The notes beneath the pieces were generated by a model. That model had not been told where the DNA came from, did no database searches, and was given only the letters and a program-made list of their open reading frames with translations. The translations under genes and the position numbers were made by a program. From positions 416,001-480,000 of the forward strand of contig CAVPIB010000001.1 in the NCBI GenBank assembly GCA_963704885.1: DNA of 64,000 nt. The letters are read 5' to 3'. The number at the start of each line of letters is the position of its first letter. Position 1 is the first letter of the stretch. Below are positions 40,634-49,734 of this stretch, piece after piece. This DNA is from an uncultured Actinomycetes bacterium (GTDB lineage Bacteria > Actinomycetota > UBA4738 > HRBIN12).

Positions 40634-41061
40634 CCGAGACCGTTCACCAGACGACCGACATCCGGCTACGGGAGGCCGGACAGCGCTACACGGATCAGCG
40701 TCGCGAGCTGGTGGAGTTGCTAGCGAACCATGGCCCGCTCTCTATCCCCGAGGTGATGAGCGGCCATCGAGGGCTGAAGCAGAGCTCTGTCTACCGCAAC
40801 CTCGCTGTGCTGGAGCACGCAGGCGTGGTGCGGCGAGTCGTCACGGACGAGGAGTTCGGACGTTACGAGCTGGCCGAGGACCTGACCGGGCATCACCACC
40901 ATCTGATCTGCTCGACTTGCGGCCGTGTCGAGGACGTGACCGTCCCTCCTACGCTTGAGGGAACTCTGGATCGCACCCTCGACCGCCTGGCGAGGCGCGC
41001 AGGCTTCGCCGACGTCGATCACCGGCTGGACCTGATCGGCACGTGTGGCACCTGCGCCTGA
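40630..41061 (+). CDS. zur: Fur-family regulator, probably Zur
   Basis: SSVYRNL, HHHHLICSTCG, CGTC. Adjacent znuCB. Confidence 0.82.
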   Translation: MTETVHQTTDIRLREAGQRYTDQRRELVELLANHGPLSIPEVMSGHRGLKQSSVYRNLAVLEHAGVVRRVVTDEEFGRYELAEDLTGHHHHLICSTCGRVEDVTVPPTLEGTLDRTLDRLARRAGFADVDHRLDLIGTCGTCA

Positions 41062-41066
41062 GACCG

Positions 41067-41774
41067 TTACGGGGTCAGGTACGGCCGCCGCGGCTGGGGG
41101 ATGCCGGTCACCCGGCTCGCATCGACGATGATCTGGTTTCCGAGCGGGTAGATGCGGCCCGTGACGCTCACCCAGTCGTCGGCCTGGAATCGTCCCGGTG
41201 GGACGTTCACCACCAGGACCTGTGCGCTGGTGGCATCGGCCACACAGCACGTGATCACGTAGCGGGTGAGCAGGATCTCGTCGGCCGCGGTGCCGGTCTC
41301 ACGCCAGACGAATCCCTCCAGCGCCACCTGCTCGCCGGCACGCGAGCGAAGGGCGACCATCCCCGCCTTCGACGTCTGCGCGGCAGCCACGTCGATGAAG
41401 GACAACTCTCCCGAGGCGATGTCGTCGGCCGAAACGCTCACGCCGGATCCCACGAACCCGGCGCGTCGGCCGAGCGCATAGCCGGAGAGCGTGGCGGGGG
41501 GCAGGGCCACGATCAGTGCCACGGGGATCGCGATCACGGCGAGCGTCCAGGAAGTGGTGGGAAGCAAGGGGTCCCGGTTCACGGTCCTGGCGCTGGCAAG
41601 CCGCAGCACGGCGGCGATCGTCAGCAGTGCCGCGCCGGTCGGTACGACCCAAAACGTCCTGGTCGACAGATAAAGCGACCAGCGCCCAGTGACCAGGAGG
41701 AACCAGAACAAGCCGGCCCAGGCCACCAGGACAAGTCCTGCCGCCACGCGAGATGCGTTCCATGACCGGTTCAA
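41067..41774 (-). CDS. TIGR03943/YcgQ-like (DUF1980) permease partner
   Basis: N-terminal TM helices, LEGFV, RYVITCCVADA, DDWVSVTG, PRRPYL. Confidence 0.88.
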   Translation of the reverse strand: MNRSWNASRVAAGLVLVAWAGLFWFLLVTGRWSLYLSTRTFWVVPTGAALLTIAAVLRLASARTVNRDPLLPTTSWTLAVIAIPVALIVALPPATLSGYALGRRAGFVGSGVSVSADDIASGELSFIDVAAAQTSKAGMVALRSRAGEQVALEGFVWRETGTAADEILLTRYVITCCVADATSAQVLVVNVPPGRFQADDWVSVTGRIYPLGNQIIVDASRVTGIPQPRRPYLTP

Positions 41775-42784
41775 CCGAACACCACCTGCATCCACATCGT
41801 CCCGACGAGCGTGACCGAGAACACCACCCCGGTGACGGTCCACAGGAACGTCTTGCTGAAGGTCCCCACGTAGAGCGCGGCTAGCTTCAGGTCGATCATG
41901 GGACCGGCTACCAGGAACGCCAGCTGCGCGGAGGGGCCGAACAGCGTGAACGACGACGCGACGAACGCGTCCGACTCCGAGCAGAGCGACATCAGGAACG
42001 CGAGCACCATCATGGCCACCAGCGAGAGGATCGGGAGGTCCGCGACCTTGCCGACGAGCGCCTGGGGAACGAACGTCTGGACCGCCGCCGCGATGGCCGC
42101 TCCCATCACCAGGAAGCGGCCCATGAACACCACGTCGCCCGTGAGATGGGAAGCGAACCGCGCCCAACGCCGTTGGTCGGGCTCCTGCTCCTCCGCGACA
42201 TCGTCGTGCCGCGGACGCAGCAGATCCTCTTTGCGGGTGTTGCCCACCACCCATCCGACCGCGACGGCCACTAGGAAGCCCAGGGCAATCCGTCCGAGCA
42301 CCATCGTCCAGAGCGTGTCCCGACCGCGGTAGGCGACGAACGTCGACGCTACGACCACGGGATTCAGGATGGGTGCGGCGAGCATGAACGTGACGGCGGC
42401 CGCAGGTGCCAGCCCTTTCTGGGCCAGCCGTCGCGCAACCGGCACCGAGCCGCACTCGCAGACCGGGAAGGCCACCCCTGCGAGCGCGGCGGCGGGGAGC
42501 TGCAACGGACGGGGTAGGTGTCCCAGCCGTGCGAACACCGAGGTGGGGACGAACACTTCGATCGCCGCGGATACGAATGCCCCAAGCAGGACGAACGGCA
42601 TCGCCTCGACCAGCAACGAACCGAACACGATCAGGAAGTTCTGGAGCCACGCGATGCGCTCGGGGTCGGCCACGCGGACGACTAACGCGAGCACGGCGAG
42701 CGTTGCGATCACCAGGAGCGCGGGCCGTCGCGACGATCTCGACTGAGGTGGCGAGACGGGAGGGCGCGCCACGTCCACGGCCAT
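41771..42784 (-). CDS. DUF318/YcgR-like predicted permease
   Basis: EAMPFVLLG, FPVCECGSVPVARRL, LAAPILNP, SLCSESDAF, GPMIDLK. Confidence 0.9.
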   Translation of the reverse strand: MAVDVARPPVSPPQSRSSRRPALLVIATLAVLALVVRVADPERIAWLQNFLIVFGSLLVEAMPFVLLGAFVSAAIEVFVPTSVFARLGHLPRPLQLPAAALAGVAFPVCECGSVPVARRLAQKGLAPAAAVTFMLAAPILNPVVVASTFVAYRGRDTLWTMVLGRIALGFLVAVAVGWVVGNTRKEDLLRPRHDDVAEEQEPDQRRWARFASHLTGDVVFMGRFLVMGAAIAAAVQTFVPQALVGKVADLPILSLVAMMVLAFLMSLCSESDAFVASSFTLFGPSAQLAFLVAGPMIDLKLAALYVGTFSKTFLWTVTGVVFSVTLVGTMWMQVVFG

Positions 42785-44085
42785 CAGCAGTACCTCGAGA
42801 ACCCGACCGCGAACCCCGGATACGCGTCCGCGAACAGGGGAGTGCCGAAGGATGGCGAGGTCGATGTCTTCATCACCCCGACGACCGAATCGGACGTCGT
42901 TCCGCTCGCGACCATCACGTCCTCGTCCAGGAAGAGGCCTCCGGCTACGCTCGCCGCGACGACCGGAGCGCCCAGCGCGTCGTTCACCGACGTGGCAACG
43001 TCGGGCGGATCGTCTAGAGCGCCGTACGCGGTTCCCGTCGTTGTGAGGACGAACGTGGCGTCGGCGACCTGCCTCTGCACAGCGGCGACCATCGCTTCCG
43101 TTCGGCGCTCCAGCCGCTTCAAGGGACCGCTCACCACCACTCCCAGGATGTCGGTGATGCCGTCGGAGCCGTAGCCGGATCCGAGCAACCGGGAGATCTG
43201 CGGAACGAGGTCGCTCGCGCCCAACGCGAGATCGTCGCGATCGCTATCCACGTACCACGTCCCTCCGATCAACCCCCGTTCGGTCTCGTCGTCGGCGATG
43301 AGGCCGATCAGGGCGCGTTGTTCGTTCGCGCGATCCCAGTCGTCGGGGAAGGTGGCGATGATCGAAGTGGGCGCGTCGGAGCTCCACGCCCGAACCGCCG
43401 CTCCGTCTGGATCCCGGATGATGGTTCCGGTGACGCCGTGCTGGGACGGAAGACCGCCGCTACCGATCGTGGTGAGGATGGCGGCCGGATCTACCGGCAA
43501 CGAACCCGTCGTCCCGTCCAATGTCCAAGCACCCTCTCGGCGCAGCGCCTTGACCCAAGGTGTTCGGGCGTGTCTGAACTGGATGCTCCCGACTGCCTTC
43601 CAGACGATCTCGACCACGAGCGGGGATCCTGTTCCCGGTTGGACGACGTCCTCTATGGGCGTGCCACTCCTCACTTCCGGATGTGGGCGGTCGAAGCCGA
43701 TCAGTTCGGCCAGGGTCGGGGCGATCCGATCGACGGCGATCCCATCGGCCAGTTGGCCCGGGACGATGCCTCGTCCGAAGAAGATGATCGGAACGGCGTT
43801 CCTCGATGGGGCGTACGGGACCTGAGGCCATGGGACGCCGTCGTCCTCGGCCAGACCCGGACCTGGCGGCGTCGCACCCATCACTTCCGGGGAGCGACCC
43901 TGCCGGTAGCCGGCCGCGATCTGGTCCCTGAGCGTCGCTGGGAGCGAACAGAACGGGAGCGGACCCGCCGACTCCTCCTGCGGCGCGCAGCTGTTGCCCA
44001 CGCAGAGCGCACGCATCGCAACGGCGGGGGCTCCCACCAGCGCCAACGCGACGACCAGCACGGTGAGACGTCGCCCGGGTGCCAT
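42784..44085 (-). CDS. Secreted alkaline phosphatase-superfamily-like protein, permuted and lacking catalytic residues
   Basis: VPIIFFG...RIAPTLAELIG...GTP precedes LVVEIVWK...TIGSGGLPSQHGVTG. Paralogous to the gene at 44146. Confidence 0.7.
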   Translation of the reverse strand: MAPGRRLTVLVVALALVGAPAVAMRALCVGNSCAPQEESAGPLPFCSLPATLRDQIAAGYRQGRSPEVMGATPPGPGLAEDDGVPWPQVPYAPSRNAVPIIFFGRGIVPGQLADGIAVDRIAPTLAELIGFDRPHPEVRSGTPIEDVVQPGTGSPLVVEIVWKAVGSIQFRHARTPWVKALRREGAWTLDGTTGSLPVDPAAILTTIGSGGLPSQHGVTGTIIRDPDGAAVRAWSSDAPTSIIATFPDDWDRANEQRALIGLIADDETERGLIGGTWYVDSDRDDLALGASDLVPQISRLLGSGYGSDGITDILGVVVSGPLKRLERRTEAMVAAVQRQVADATFVLTTTGTAYGALDDPPDVATSVNDALGAPVVAASVAGGLFLDEDVMVASGTTSDSVVGVMKTSTSPSFGTPLFADAYPGFAVGFSRYC

Positions 44086-44145
44086 GTGTTCGAGGCTACC
44101 GCTTGGGTTGTCGTTACGGGCGTGGTCGGGGACCCTAGTCGGCCA

Positions 44146-45796
44146 GTGACCCCCAAACGCTTGGTCTTATTCCTGCTCGCCCTTGGGCTCGTCGCGTCCT
44201 CCGCCGTCGCGCTTCCCAGGGCGCCGGCCCGCGCGCAGTCCTCTGATCAGGACTTGGCTGATCTGGCTTGCTCGCTGCCGCACGACTTCTTGCTTAGAAC
44301 CTGGCGAGGGTGGCGCCTGGACCGAGGCGCTCAACTCTCCTACATCCCGCAGGAGCCGAACTTCGTGGGCGCGGGACTGCCTCATGTGGGTCCGTGGGAC
44401 TACGTCCAAGACGTGCCGATGCTCTGGTACGGCCCGCCGTTCGTTCCCGCGAGAGGGAGCGTGTCGAGGCCTGTAACCGTTGCGGGCATCGCGCCCACGG
44501 TCGGCGAACTCCTGCACTTCGGCGGGTTCCGGGCGATCGATGGCCGGCCCATGACCGAGGCCATAGAGCCGAATGACCGGGTGCCGAGACTTATCGTCAC
44601 GATGATCTGGGACGCGGGTGGCGTCAACGTCCTGGACGAATGGCCCGACGCGCACCCCTATCTGGATCAACTGATCGCGAAGGGCACATGGTACGAGGAC
44701 ACGTCCGTGGGTTCGTCGCCGACGAGCACCGCCCAGGTCCACGCCACGATCGGCACGGGCGCGTTCCCGAACCACCACGGGATCACCGGCCACCATCTGA
44801 TCATCGGCGACCGGCTGACCAGCCCATGGAACGCCGGCCCCGCGTTCATGATCGAGCCCACGATCGGGGACCTCTACGACGTCGCCATGGACAACGAGCC
44901 CGTCGTGGGCATCGTGGGCACGGTCGACATCCACTTCGGGATGCTGGGGCACGGGTCGTTCTTCACAGGTGGTGACCGCGACATCGCACTCACTCGATCG
45001 GTGATCGGGGGCGAGACCCTCACCGACGAGGGGTTCGAGTGGAACCTGCCGCCGCGCGACGCCGCGTACTACAAGCTCGCGAAGTACGCGAACGACGTGC
45101 CCGGGTTCGACGATGACGTGCGCCGTGTCGACCAGGCCGACGGCAAGCTCGATGGCCTGTGGCGCGACAACGCCATCGACCAGCTCCTGAAGGGATTCGA
45201 CACGCCCGCGCGCACGCCATACCAGGAACGCGTGATCGAAACGGTCATCCAGAAGGAGGGGTTCGGCGAGGACGAGATCCCCGATCTGCTGTACCTGAAC
45301 TTCAAGGAGATCGACTACGTCAGCCACGTCTGGTCCATGAACTCACTCGAGATGCGCGATGCAGTAGTCGTGCAGGATCAGGCGCTCAAGCGGTTCGTCT
45401 CGTTCCTCAACGAGCAGGTCGGGAAAGGGACCTGGGTGCTCGCGCTCACCGCGGATCACGGCGCCATGCCCGACCCCGAGTTCTCGGGCGGTTTCCAGAT
45501 CTCGACGGGACCGATAGGGACGGGGATAGATGAGAGCTTCGATACGGACGGCGACGACATACCGGTCGTGGATCTGGTCCAGCCCTCGCAGGTCTTCCTT
45601 AACGTGGATGAGCTCGAGGAGAACGGCTTCACGATCGGCGACGTTTCGCGATACATCATGACGCTGACGCAGGCGCAGACGGCGGGCCCGGGTCAAACGG
45701 TCGATCCCGGCGACCGCCAACGATACCGTGTTCCAGGCGGCGTTCCCATCCCAGCTGATGGAGAGCCTGCCCTGTCTGCCCGAGGCTCGCCGGTAG
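44146..45796 (+). CDS. Secreted PafA/NPP-like alkaline phosphatase-superfamily enzyme, apparently circularly permuted (frameshift near 45708)
   Basis: IWD, PTSTAQVHATIGTG..P..HGI, DYVSH and LTADHG motifs. Removing one base near 45708 gives VFQAAFPSQLMESLPCLPEARR-stop. Confidence 0.85.
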
Positions 45797-45809
45797 GATT
45801 CGACCTCGG

Positions 45810-48800
45810 ATGACGCAAACCGACGGCTCGCTTCGACCGACGCACGCGGACGTTTCCGTCGGTGGCAGTGGCCGGCTGGGCTCCTGGTGGGCCATCGGTG
45901 GGTTCACTGTCTTGATGCTGTTGGCGCTCAGCTGGCCCTTCTTGCGCGATCCCTCGCTGTCCGCCCCCACTCGCGACCCGGCCTGGTACACGTGGCGTGC
46001 GAACGTGATCATGGAGTCCGATCCCGCGTCGGTGGTCGGTGAGTGGGGGCCCGAGGGGCTGTTCTCAGGCGGGTACAGGGTCACCACGCCACTCGCAGGC
46101 GCACTGCTCCAGCGCGTGGCCGGGATCGACACGTACTCATTCAGCGCCTTCCTCATGATCGGCATCCCGGTGCTGACCGGCTTGGCGCTCGGTGTCGGCG
46201 CGCTCAGGAGCCGAGGCGATCCGCTGGCGATGCTCTTGACCATGCTCGCCACGGTCGCCTTGTTCCTGACCACCCCGTACGTCGGCTATCTGGACAACAT
46301 CACGGTCCTGTTCCTGCTGTCGCTCACGCTCCCGTTCCTGCATGAAGCGCGAACCTCGTGGGGAGCGCGCTCAGCCCTGTTCCTGATCGGGATGGCGGCT
46401 GCATTCACGCATCCGACCACCTGCGTGGTCTTCGGCGTGGTGTTGATGGCCGTCTTCGGCTGGCACTTCCTGACCAGCCGCTTCTCGCTGGGGTCGGCGC
46501 TCAAGGCCGACGGACCGATGCTGATGGCAGCAGGGTTCGGGATGATCGGCGGCCTCGCGATGTGGATGGTCGGGATCTGGGGACAGACCGCGAGTCTCGC
46601 GGAGGCGGCGCTACCGCCGCCGTACACGAAGGAGTTCTTCACCGCCCGCCTGGTCGAGTGGGTCGGGTCGCTTCAGCCGATCGTGATCGTTCCGTTCATC
46701 GTGACAGCGATCGTCTCCACGGTCTTGCTGGCACGGCGGGAACGTCGACCTGCTCACACCTACGACCTGGCTTCCATCGGCTGGATGCTCGCCTTCGTCG
46801 GTGTTCTGACGGTGTTCACGTCAACGGTGGTCCCCTACTACCGATTCATGAACGCGTCGGCCGCGCCGATGGCTCTCACCGGTCTCGGCGCCTTCGCGGC
46901 GATCCGCTGGTTCCTGCGCCTGGACGGGAGGGCTCGGATCGCGGGGGTCGCCGGCGCGTTGTTGGTGGTGGGCTCGCTCGGTTGGGTGCTCGTCGACGGT
47001 TTGCAGCATCGATGGGTGACCGAGAAGAACCAATGGGCCAACCAGGGCGTGCGGACCTCGCTCGCCGCCGTGCATGAGGTGGTCAACGACTCGGGTCCGC
47101 GACCGATCGTCTTGGTCATGAACTACAACGACACCGACGATGCGACGGGCACGAACACCGCGTACGGATGGGCCAAGACCTTCACGAACGTGTTCCGCAC
47201 CGGGCTCGACGGGGACTCGGCCGGTTACCAGACGACATTCCTGGGGACCGTGGACGATCTCCGTGCCGGGCGGGCGACGGTCGGCGCCAGCGAGGGCTAC
47301 ACAGAGGCGGCGTCGCAGCACTTCGACGAGCTCCAGACGCGCATGTCCTCGTATCCGGAGGACCCACTCGTCTTCTTGATCGGCCAGTACTACCGAGGGC
47401 TCTGCAACGGGGTCGAAGCCTGTGATGAGACGACCGAGCAGCGGCTCTTCGAGGAGGCGATCGCCGGCGCGATCGAGGTGGGTCCGGACACTTACGCGTT
47501 GACGGGGGATGGGTTCTTCACGCCGCCGACCGATGCGGTAGAGCTCGCTCGTGATGCCGCCACGACCGAGGCCGATCGGTTGGAGAACCATCCCGGCGCG
47601 TTCGGTGACCCTCTGCACACGCTCAGGGTGCTCTTCGGCCTGGCGTTCCTCCTGGTCCTGCCTGGCATGATCGCGGCGCCATGGTTCGGCCTGCGTGACA
47701 CCGCCGGCCGGATCGCACTCGTCCCCGCGATGTCGATCGTGCTCACCCTCCTGTCCGGCATCGCGGTGCTCGCCATCTGGCGAGGGCCGCTCACCACTCC
47801 GAAGGCCTGGGTGGTGGTGGCCGCCTCGGCGACGGTGGCGGCAGGTCTCCGGCTGGGGGCGCCAGCTCTGCTCCGTGTCCTGAACTCGTTCGGTGGGTTC
47901 TTCAACGACCTGTTCGGCGTCTTTTCCAACAAGGCGTTCGCCACGCTGATGGGTGTGCAGTTCTTGGTGCAGGCCGGACAGGGCGTGATCCAGGGGGCGA
48001 TCGCGAAATCGATCGCGTTCGGCGGCGAGAAGGGCTTCGACGTCACGGTGGTGCCTTCGGCGCAATACCTGTTGAAGGTGGTGCTGGCGCTGTACGTGCC
48101 GTACACGCTGGTGAGCCCGTTCATCGGCGTGGTCATCGACCGGACCGAACGGCGCCGGATCCTCACGTGGTCCAACATCGTGGTCGCGGGCGTGGTCGCC
48201 GTGGTCGCGGTCGCGTTCATGTTGCCGCTCGGGAGCGAAACCTCCGAGGGCAACGTGGGCGCGACGGTGGCGTTGATCGTCGGGCTACTCTTCATCCAGG
48301 GTTGCGTGCGCGTGGCTCTCGCGGTGAAGAGCGCCGCCATCCCCGACGTGCTGTCGGGGATCGACCTGCTTCAGGGGAACGGCCTTTCGCAGGCAGGTGG
48401 AGCGCTCTTCCAGGTGATCGGGATCGGCTTCGCGTTCGGCGCGGCGGCGGCATTCCCCACGTGGATCGTGGTGGTCCTGGGTGCCGGAGTCCTGGTCGTG
48501 GCGTCGGTGGTCGCCCGAAGGCTCGAGCGGATGGAGCTGCATCCGAAGCAGACCAGCTTCGGCGCGGAGGCCAAGCAGGTGATCGCGAACATCGTGGCCG
48601 GCTTGAAGGAGGTCGCCTCGCGCCCGCCGGCCGCGCTCGGGTTGTTCTCGTTCCAGATGCTGCGCTACCAGTTCTGGGGTTTCTGCCTGTTCACGTTCGG
48701 CCTGTACGCGAAGAACCTCGTGGAGAGCGGTGCCGACAACCTCGGGCTGGCGCTCGTCGGCGGTGGCGGGTTCTTGGGTGGCGCGCTCGGCCTAGTGCTC

Positions 48801-49226
48801 GCGCAGAAGTGGAAGGATCGCGTGCCGCCCATCCGGTTGTTGCTTGGCGCCATGTTCGCGCTCGGCGCCGGGGCTTTGGTGTTCGGCTCTCTCGTGTCAC
48901 TGGCCGGGTTCGCCGCCCTCTTGTTCGTGGGGTTCTTCACGTTCTTCCTGGGCAAGATCTCGGCCGACACGATCATGCAGCAGTCCATGCCCGACGACTT
49001 CCGCGGCCGCGCGTTCGCGCTGTTCGACATCGCCTATAACCTAGGATTCATCATCCCCGCGCTGATCTTGTCGTTCCTGTGGGTGGAGGGCGACGCCTTG
49101 CGGACCCGCGCGATCCTCATGGTGTCCGGTGCCGTGTTCCTTGCTCTCACCATGCTCATCTGGCGCTGGTCGATACGGATCCGCGACCAGTTCGCTCCCC
49201 AGGACGACCTGCTGGTCATCGAGTGA
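45810..49226 (+). CDS. 1138-aa polytopic membrane protein: GT-C-like N-terminal region fused to an MFS domain
   Basis: TM1 then RDPAWYTWRA, FTHPTT, PYYRF, soluble loop. C-terminal ~12 TM with PFIGVVIDRTERRRIL and MPDDFRGRAFALFD. Confidence 0.75.
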   Translation: MTQTDGSLRPTHADVSVGGSGRLGSWWAIGGFTVLMLLALSWPFLRDPSLSAPTRDPAWYTWRANVIMESDPASVVGEWGPEGLFSGGYRVTTPLAGALLQRVAGIDTYSFSAFLMIGIPVLTGLALGVGALRSRGDPLAMLLTMLATVALFLTTPYVGYLDNITVLFLLSLTLPFLHEARTSWGARSALFLIGMAAAFTHPTTCVVFGVVLMAVFGWHFLTSRFSLGSALKADGPMLMAAGFGMIGGLAMWMVGIWGQTASLAEAALPPPYTKEFFTARLVEWVGSLQPIVIVPFIVTAIVSTVLLARRERRPAHTYDLASIGWMLAFVGVLTVFTSTVVPYYRFMNASAAPMALTGLGAFAAIRWFLRLDGRARIAGVAGALLVVGSLGWVLVDGLQHRWVTEKNQWANQGVRTSLAAVHEVVNDSGPRPIVLVMNYNDTDDATGTNTAYGWAKTFTNVFRTGLDGDSAGYQTTFLGTVDDLRAGRATVGASEGYTEAASQHFDELQTRMSSYPEDPLVFLIGQYYRGLCNGVEACDETTEQRLFEEAIAGAIEVGPDTYALTGDGFFTPPTDAVELARDAATTEADRLENHPGAFGDPLHTLRVLFGLAFLLVLPGMIAAPWFGLRDTAGRIALVPAMSIVLTLLSGIAVLAIWRGPLTTPKAWVVVAASATVAAGLRLGAPALLRVLNSFGGFFNDLFGVFSNKAFATLMGVQFLVQAGQGVIQGAIAKSIAFGGEKGFDVTVVPSAQYLLKVVLALYVPYTLVSPFIGVVIDRTERRRILTWSNIVVAGVVAVVAVAFMLPLGSETSEGNVGATVALIVGLLFIQGCVRVALAVKSAAIPDVLSGIDLLQGNGLSQAGGALFQVIGIGFAFGAAAAFPTWIVVVLGAGVLVVASVVARRLERMELHPKQTSFGAEAKQVIANIVAGLKEVASRPPAALGLFSFQMLRYQFWGFCLFTFGLYAKNLVESGADNLGLALVGGGGFLGGALGLVLAQKWKDRVPPIRLLLGAMFALGAGALVFGSLVSLAGFAALLFVGFFTFFLGKISADTIMQQSMPDDFRGRAFALFDIAYNLGFIIPALILSFLWVEGDALRTRAILMVSGAVFLALTMLIWRWSIRIRDQFAPQDDLLVIE

Positions 49227-49287
49227 TACCCCTCGTCTTCCGAGCGTCACCGCCGTAGCGGCAGCCTTGGCTAGCCAGAGAGGTCTC

Positions 49288-49596
49288 TCATCGAGCGACG
49301 GCCAAGCCGTCGAGGACGAGCACGTCGATCGGTCCCTCGAGCAGCTCCTCGACCCGCCGCCGGTACTCGATGTAGTGGTCGGACGCACGGTGCTGCTCCA
49401 ACGCCTCTGTGTTGCGGTATCTCTCGAAGAGATGGAAGGTCCCGCCGTCGTCGTGCCGGCCATAGAGGTCGTAGACCTCACACCCCGGCTCCCTGCGAGT
49501 GTGCTCGACCATCCACGAGAGTAGGTCTTGGAGCTCGCGCTCCTTCCCGGCGATCGGTCGGAACGACGCGAAGACGATGACTACGTTGTCGTCCAT
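49288..49596 (-). CDS. Antibiotic biosynthesis monooxygenase (ABM) domain protein
   Basis: TRREPGCEVYDL, FHLFERY..TEALEQHRASDH. Confidence 0.9.
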   Translation of the reverse strand: MDDNVVIVFASFRPIAGKERELQDLLSWMVEHTRREPGCEVYDLYGRHDDGGTFHLFERYRNTEALEQHRASDHYIEYRRRVEELLEGPIDVLVLDGLAVAR

Positions 49597-49734
49597 GAGT
49601 GGCACCTCGCGCTTCGAGTTAGGAACCAGCCGGATGGGAGGGCGACTCGAAGCATCCCTCGACAGAGTTCCCGTAGTGTATCGAGGTCTCTGGGTCCGAT
49701 CGCCGGTGTTCCACGTGCTCGTGCGGGGAGAGTA

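Noticed and set aside
300-45720. Frameshifts at ~324, 8782, 8930, 10490-10670, 13938, 17030 and 45708 as pseudogenes or programmed frameshifting
   Set aside because: These are single-base indels, often in short runs, in genes with intact motifs on both sides, no in-frame nonsense decay and no obvious slippery motif. Sequencing or assembly error is more likely, though this is unproven without reads.
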